Positions 58,463 through 64,000 of a DNA stretch of 64,000 nucleotides are shown one piece after another. The notes under the pieces are model-generated. The model searched no databases. It saw nothing but the letters and a program-made list of their open reading frames with translations, and was not told where the DNA came from. Every line of letters begins with the position of its first letter. The stretch's first letter is position 1. The DNA is taken from assembly GCA_029820045.1 (NCBI GenBank), contig JALGVE010000002.1, forward strand, positions 3,538-67,537, given 5' to 3'. The stretch is from Candidatus Zipacnadia bacterium (lineage in GTDB: Bacteria; Armatimonadota; Zipacnadia; Zipacnadales; UBA5352). A program made the translations under genes and the position numbers.

Positions 58463-58552
58463 CGCGGCCAACGGCGCATGCAGGTCTTGGGTAGGGCGAG
58501 GTCGAAGCAGCCGCCTCACTCGCATGAGTTCGAAACACCAAGGAGACGCCAT

Positions 58553-59696
58553 CATGCTGGAGCCCGGCAGCATCACCGCACGAGAGGCCGTACACTGCGG
58601 CACCGACCCCGACTCAGGGGCCAGCATCGTGCAGCTCACCAGCGGCCCGGCCGTCCACAGCAACATCTACTGTGAGGTCCCGTACTTCGACCCATCCTCG
58701 CGCTGGCTGATCTACACCAAGAGCCCGACCTCCTATGAGCCGCTTCAGGTCTGGCGCGCCGACCTGGAGCGGTACTGGCTTACCCCGGTGTGCGAGGGCG
58801 CGAGAGGCATCTCGGGCATGGCCATGTCGCCTGATCAACGCTTCTTCTATTGCACGCGGGATGCCGGTGAGGACGGCTTCGAGGTGCTGCGCACCGAGAT
58901 CGCGACTCTCGAGCAGAAGTCCGTGGTCTTTGAGGGCGCGCCCCTCCCGGGCTCGATGGGCTCGATGGCGCCGGACAATCGCACCTACATCTACGCGACC
59001 GTGTTCGCCGTCTACGACTACGGCGTGGTGCGCTGCGACCTGACCGAGGGGACCTGGGAGATCATCCACCGAGGCCACGACATCTGCAATGCGCACCCGC
59101 AGATTGAGCCGGGCCGGGGCGAGGACTACCTCATCCAGCACAACCGAGGCTGCGAGTTCGACAAGCAGGGCCGCTGCCTCCGCCTGGTGGGCGACGAGGG
59201 CGCGACGCTGTATCTCATCAACCGCGACGGCGAGGACTACCGGCCCCTGCCGGTGGGCAAGCCCTACACCCGGCCGGTGCAGGGCCACCAGTGCTGGCTA
59301 GGGACGACCGGCGAGATTCTCTTCACCGTCGGCAGCCCGATGGAGGAAGCGAGGAAGAGGGGGAACTTACTGGCGCTTCGCCCGGGCGAGGAGCGGGCGC
59401 GACCCGTGGCGGGAGGGTACTATTACTGTCACCCGAACGCCTCGCGCGATGGCCGCTTCTTCGTGAGTGACGCGAGGCCGGGCAACCTGATCGTGGTCGG
59501 CTCCATCAAGACCGGTAGGAATCGCGTGCTGTGCCCGTCGCAGTCGAGTTTCTCATCCCCCCAGTACACTCACCCACATCCGTACTTCAGCCCGGACTGC
59601 CGGTGGGTCATCTTCAACTCGGACCGCACCGGGGTCCCGCATGTGCATGCGGCGCGCGTGCCCGATGGACTGCTGGAGGAACTGGACGTGGACTGA
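58553..59696 (+). CDS. Oligogalacturonate-lyase-like / TolB-like beta-propeller protein
   Basis: No signal peptide. Repeated beta-strand motifs. ...PYFSPDCRWVIFNSDRTG resembles the oligogalacturonide-lyase family. ATG at 58553, downstream of the ORF-track start. Confidence 0.5.
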
Positions 59697-59819
59697 GGGC
59701 ACTTGCGGCGGGTGGCCGTGTCTGCCTTCGTCCCTCCTTGGCGGGAGCACCGCACACGACTGCCCTGCCGTGCGCCACAACTACAGGCGTGGCTCGCGTT
59801 GAGTACCTTAGCGCGTGCT

Positions 59820-61082
59820 TTACGCCTTTTGTCCCTTTCGCATCTCCTTGCGCAGGTAGGCGGCCCAGTAAAGCGCTCCTACGAAGAGCCCGCCCCCGAC
59901 GATGTTCCCCAGCGTCACCGGCAGCAGGTTGTGAAGGAAGAACGCGCCCCAGGTCAAGCTGCTCAGGTCAAGGCCGGAAGCGGCCGCGGCGGCCCCGGCG
60001 GCTGTGTTCTTCAGGAACAGGCCGAAGGGGATGAAGTACATGTTGGCAACACAGTGTTCGTAGCCGAGGGCGACGAAGGCGGTGATTGGGGGGACGATTG
60101 CCAGGATCTTGCCCGCCGTCTCCCCCGCCGAGAGGGCCATCCAGACCGCCAAGCATACCAGCCAGTTACAGCCGATGCCGCGGAAGAAAGCCGCCGCCAG
60201 GGTGAGGTTGACCTTGGCATGCGCGATCTTGACGGCAGTCAGCCCCACGCTGACGTCGTTGGCCATCCACAGCATGGAGCCGAACATAATCCCCGCCAGC
60301 AGGATTGATCCCGCGAAGTTGGAGAGGTAGACCCCGCCCCAGCGCAGCAGCATTCGACCAAAGCCGATCTGCCCGCCCAGCACACCGGTGACCATGAGGC
60401 TGTTGCCGGTGAAGAGTTCAGCGCCGGCGATCACGACGAGAATCAGTCCGACCGAGAAGACCAGGCCACCCAGTAGCTTGGTGATACCGAACCCGACGTA
60501 TTGCCCCGCGTCGGAGGTTACCAGCGTCGCCATCGCCGCACCGAAGCCGATATACGCGCCCGCGAGCGCTCCCAGGATCGCTAGGTTGATCCAGGGCAGA
60601 GCCGCCTTGGCCGTGCTTACCCGACTCGCAACAGCGTCCGCGACCTGAGCCGGCGCCATGGCCGTCGGCGTCTCCGCCGCGGGAGGCGCCTTCTTCTCCT
60701 CGAGGGCCTGCTGCTTCCTGACGGCCTGCTCGACCGCCGCAATGAGCTGATCCGGCGCAAAGGGCTTTGAGATGTAGTCAACCGCCCCCAGGCGCATGGC
60801 CTCAACTGCGGTCTCGGAGGAGGGATACGCGGTCATGACCACGGTCGCCAGCCCCGGGTTCTCGTGACGTATGCGCGCGAGCGCCTCAAGGCCCCCGACC
60901 TTCGGCATGCGCAGGTCAATAAGCATGACGTCGTAGTCATCTGCCCGCGTCAGTTCCAGCGCCTCCCCGCCATCGGTCGCGGTGTCCACCTCCATGCCCT
61001 GAGCTTCGAGCACTCTCTCAGCCCCCCTGCACACCGCCTCTTCGTCGTCAACGACCAGGATACGTCTGTGCTGCTCCGACAT
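59820..61082 (-). CDS. Response-regulator receiver domain fused to a formate/nitrite transporter (FNT) channel domain
   Basis: N-terminal ILVVDDEEAV...DVMLIDLRMP...VMTAYPS (REC with phospho-acceptor Asp). C-terminal ~270 aa with FNT signatures GAELFTGN and FFRGIGCNWLVCLAVW. SD gagggagag before the ATG at 61082. Confidence 0.7.
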   Translation of the reverse strand: MSEQHRRILVVDDEEAVCRGAERVLEAQGMEVDTATDGGEALELTRADDYDVMLIDLRMPKVGGLEALARIRHENPGLATVVMTAYPSSETAVEAMRLGAVDYISKPFAPDQLIAAVEQAVRKQQALEEKKAPPAAETPTAMAPAQVADAVASRVSTAKAALPWINLAILGALAGAYIGFGAAMATLVTSDAGQYVGFGITKLLGGLVFSVGLILVVIAGAELFTGNSLMVTGVLGGQIGFGRMLLRWGGVYLSNFAGSILLAGIMFGSMLWMANDVSVGLTAVKIAHAKVNLTLAAAFFRGIGCNWLVCLAVWMALSAGETAGKILAIVPPITAFVALGYEHCVANMYFIPFGLFLKNTAAGAAAAASGLDLSSLTWGAFFLHNLLPVTLGNIVGGGLFVGALYWAAYLRKEMRKGQKA

Positions 61083-61195
61083 GCTTCTCTCTCCCTCTTC
61101 TAGATAACGCGATGCTCCTGGGAGCACCGCGTCTCAGAGTACGGTCCTCACGCTATCATGCAGGCATCGCGCCGGGACAGCCCCGGCTACGCGGC

Positions 61196-62725
61196 TCACT
61201 CGTCGGCAGTAACGGGAAACAGCAATGAGAAGGTACTACCCTCACCCAGCTTGCTCTCGAACTCGGCCCTGCCGTGGTAGAAGTCCATGATGCGCTTCAC
61301 GATGGACAGCCCCAGGCCGGTGCCAGTAATCTCACGAGTATCGTCAGTTTTCTCTCGGAAGAACTCGTCGAAAACGCGCTCCTGTCCCTCGGGCGAGATG
61401 CCGAGGCCTGTATCGGCGACGTCAATGCGCAGGTAGGGCCCGTCCTCGCGCGCAGTCACGCTGACGCTGCCGCCTGGCCTGTTGTACTTGATCGCGTTGG
61501 AGAGCAGGTTGGTGACGGCGCGGCTGAGTTCGTCCCGATCCACGCGAACGGCGGGAAGGCCCTCGGGCAGCTCGGCGGTGATGGTGACCTCGCTCTCCTC
61601 CGCCAGAGGCTGCATGAGGCGGCAGGCGTCATCTATCACTTCACCTGCGTCGGTGGGCCGTATCTCTCGGCGCACCGTGCCGCTTTCCATGCACGAGATA
61701 TCGAGCAGGTCGCTCACCAAGTCGAGCAGAGACCTCAGCCGCTTGCGCGAACGGCTCAGCATCTCGGTCTCTTTCTGCCGGTCCTCAACGATGCCCTGCT
61801 CCATGACGCTGAGATACCCATCCACGGCCGCCAACGGGGCACGAAGCTCGTGCGCCACCATGTTGACGAACTGCGCCTTCGCCTCTTCGACGCGCCTGAG
61901 CTCGGTGATGTCACGCAGGACAGTGACGGCTCCCAGCGGCTCCCCCTCCTCGTCGAGGATGGGGGCGACCGAGGCCAGCGCAGTACCCTCGCCGTCCTCC
62001 GCGGTCACCGAGATCTCGTCAGTGGTTAGCGTATACTCCTCCCGATTGCACGCCTGACGCACGAGTCTCCGCAGCTTCTCGTTCGTGATGACCTCGTCCA
62101 CGCCGGGAATGGTCCCGGGCTCGATGGGCGAGGCGAGGTATCGCAGAGCCGCTGGATTGTACATGACCACGCGTTGGTCGCGGTTGGTTACCAACACGCC
62201 ATCCGCCATCGCCGCGACGACCGTGCTCAGACGTCCCTTCTCGGTGGCCAGCTCCAGCAACTGCTGCTCGCGCTCGCGTTGGAGGCGGTCGCGTTCCCGT
62301 ATCAGGTCAAGATGCCGGAGGGCCCGGTTGACGACGGTCATCAGCTCCTTCGGCGTGAAGGGCTTGGGCAGGAAGTCGTATGCGCCCCGCTTCGTGGCCT
62401 CCACAGCCGCGTCTATCGTGGCATAGGCGGTTATCATGATGCTGACCAGGTTCTCGCCGCCGGGGGTGCCGTGCGCCCTGGCAAGGAACTCCATGCCGTC
62501 CATGCCGGGCATCTTCAGGTCCACCAAGGTGAGGTCCACGTCGTGCGCGTCGAGCAGCTCCAGGCCCTCCTCAGCGTCGCCGGCCAGGAGAACCTCATGA
62601 CCTTCGGCGCTGAGCACACGGCGGCACCCGCTCCGGATCCCGGGTTCATCGTCTACCACCAGGATCGTGTAGTCCTCGGCATTGCCCTCTGGTGCCCTCG
62701 CGGGCATGGACTGCTCCTGTGACAT
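61196..62725 (-). CDS. Hybrid sensor histidine kinase: REC - PAS - HisKA - HATPase_c
   Basis: ILVVDDEPGIRSG...DLTLVDLKMPGMDG (REC). PAS-like middle. HELRAPL H-box. GTGLGLSIV G2 box. Confidence 0.75.
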   Translation of the reverse strand: MSQEQSMPARAPEGNAEDYTILVVDDEPGIRSGCRRVLSAEGHEVLLAGDAEEGLELLDAHDVDLTLVDLKMPGMDGMEFLARAHGTPGGENLVSIMITAYATIDAAVEATKRGAYDFLPKPFTPKELMTVVNRALRHLDLIRERDRLQREREQQLLELATEKGRLSTVVAAMADGVLVTNRDQRVVMYNPAALRYLASPIEPGTIPGVDEVITNEKLRRLVRQACNREEYTLTTDEISVTAEDGEGTALASVAPILDEEGEPLGAVTVLRDITELRRVEEAKAQFVNMVAHELRAPLAAVDGYLSVMEQGIVEDRQKETEMLSRSRKRLRSLLDLVSDLLDISCMESGTVRREIRPTDAGEVIDDACRLMQPLAEESEVTITAELPEGLPAVRVDRDELSRAVTNLLSNAIKYNRPGGSVSVTAREDGPYLRIDVADTGLGISPEGQERVFDEFFREKTDDTREITGTGLGLSIVKRIMDFYHGRAEFESKLGEGSTFSLLFPVTADE

Positions 62726-62731
62726 GGGCTG

Positions 62732-64000
62732 TTAGTCACCGCCTTCGGCGGGCGCAGGCGTTGCGCCGACGACAAGAGTGTCATCAGCCCACTCCTCGGG
62801 CATAGCGTCCCCTCGGGGGAGGGTGAAGATGAAGTTCACCCACTGCCCGGGTTCGCTCTCGGCCCGGATGCTACCACCATGCCTCTCTATGATTGACTTG
62901 GTGATGAACAGGCCTAGCCCGCTGCCGCGCACCTGTTCGGCATCGGCGTCCGGCAGGCGAGTGAACTTCTGGAAGATGTCATCCAGCCGGTCCTCGGCGA
63001 TGCCTTCGCCCTCGTTCCAGACCCACAGCTCGCAGTGCCCGGGCTCGACGGCGCCGCCCACTTTCACGGTGCCGCCCTGGCAGCCGTACTTGGCAGCGTT
63101 GCCCAGCAGGTTCTCGTACACTACCTGGAGCAGGTCCGGGTCCGCTTGCACCACGAGTCCACTGGGCAGCTCCACCTCCACCGTCATATCTCTCTCTCTG
63201 AACGCGACACTGCGCTCCCGCAGCACGGGTCGCACCACATCGTGCTCCACCGACACAGGACGCAGCCTCAACTCCAGCTCACCTTTCTCTATGCGCGATA
63301 GGTTCAGGTAGTTCCGGATCATCTCGTCGGTGCGGTTGAGTGCGGTAGAGACATCAACCAGCGCCTCTTTCTGCTCCTCGGTTATCTCACCGATGTAGCC
63401 GTCCCGCACGGCGAAGAGATTGAGCTTCATGGCCGCGAGCTGGTTCTTGACCTCGTGAGTGATGAACTCCAGGGTGTTCAAGTAGTTCTCATTCCACCGG
63501 TGCAGCTCCTGACCGCTTTGCTCCAGGTCGGCCTCCCGTTGCTGCAGGGCCTCGGCCATCCTGTTGAAGGCGATAGTCAGCTTCTTCACGCAGTCGCGGT
63601 CAGCTCTAGGCGGCTGAGGCAGGCGGTAGTCCAGGTCCCCTCTGGAGATCGCCTCCGCCGCGTCAGTCAGCCGTCGTATCGGGCGTATCAACCTCGTCGC
63701 CAGCCACGTGGACGCCACGGCCGCCGCGACCGCGGCCATCAGGCCCAGCAGGACAAAGGTCAGTACCACCTTACGTTGGATTGTGTTGTACCAATCTTTC
63801 AGGATCCCTACGTAGAGCATACCGATGATCTTGCTCTGGACGTCCCTGATAGGCTCGTAGGCCGAGACGTACCAGGTGTCCACCACGAAGGCGTTCCCCA
63901 GCCACGGCTTGCCCTCGCGGAGCACGCGGTCGTAGACCTCCTCGGACACGCGCGTGCCGATGGCGCGATGGCCGCTGGGGTCGGTGACGTTCGTCGCCAC
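62732..64000 (-). CDS. Sensor histidine kinase with periplasmic Cache-like domain, HAMP, HisKA and HATPase_c. N-terminus lies beyond the window
   Basis: GHRAIGTRV...WYVSAYEPI (Cache-like). TM + HAMP (IRPIRRLTDAAEAISRGDL). HEVKNQL H-box. GSGLGLFI G2 box. The ORF runs off the window end. Confidence 0.7.
   Translation of the reverse strand: MATNVTDPSGHRAIGTRVSEEVYDRVLREGKPWLGNAFVVDTWYVSAYEPIRDVQSKIIGMLYVGILKDWYNTIQRKVVLTFVLLGLMAAVAAAVASTWLATRLIRPIRRLTDAAEAISRGDLDYRLPQPPRADRDCVKKLTIAFNRMAEALQQREADLEQSGQELHRWNENYLNTLEFITHEVKNQLAAMKLNLFAVRDGYIGEITEEQKEALVDVSTALNRTDEMIRNYLNLSRIEKGELELRLRPVSVEHDVVRPVLRERSVAFRERDMTVEVELPSGLVVQADPDLLQVVYENLLGNAAKYGCQGGTVKVGGAVEPGHCELWVWNEGEGIAEDRLDDIFQKFTRLPDADAEQVRGSGLGLFITKSIIERHGGSIRAESEPGQWVNFIFTLPRGDAMPEEWADDTLVVGATPAPAEGGD

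Overview
High-GC (~65-68%) bacterial chromosomal window, densely coding, with many overlapping or 1-4 bp-spaced gene junctions indicating operons. The gene content points to a carbohydrate-degrading lifestyle with many secreted proteins (PVC-superphylum/Planctomycetota-like, although taxonomy cannot be fixed from sequence alone). It includes four Gfo/Idh/MocA oxidoreductase paralogs, a GH127 beta-L-arabinofuranosidase, several large secreted glycoside-hydrolase-like proteins, a sulfatase-like enzyme, a BadF-type sugar kinase with two SIS-domain paralogs, and an oligogalacturonate-lyase-like beta-propeller. The accessory content includes a MazEF-like toxin-antitoxin pair and a PIN/VapC gene carrying an in-frame amber stop. 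There is an acyl-CoA ligase + M16 peptidase pair + cupin + GATase/HEAT/2xGNAT operon, a GlmL/MutL-family ASKHA ATPase operon with four unknown (mostly membrane) partners, and three tandem small secreted Tyr/Trp/Gly-rich proteins that share a palindromic promoter motif. A phosphorelay at the 3' end comprises a Cache-HAMP histidine kinase, a REC-PAS hybrid kinase and an unusual response-regulator::formate/nitrite-transporter (FNT) fusion. Non-coding structure is rich. Two inverted copies of a ~218 bp MITE with 18-bp terminal inverted repeats lie 37 kb apart. There are a 6-unit 41-bp tandem hairpin array, a 41-bp tandem duplication that frameshifts an oxidoreductase gene, GTAG-prefixed REP/BIME-like palindromes in 3' UTRs, and two different paired inverted-repeat motifs each recurring at two unrelated promoters. 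One of these motifs directly overlaps the SD/start codon of its downstream gene. No rRNA, tRNA or CRISPR was found. Most functional calls are by motif recognition only (no searches possible) and several start codons are approximate.
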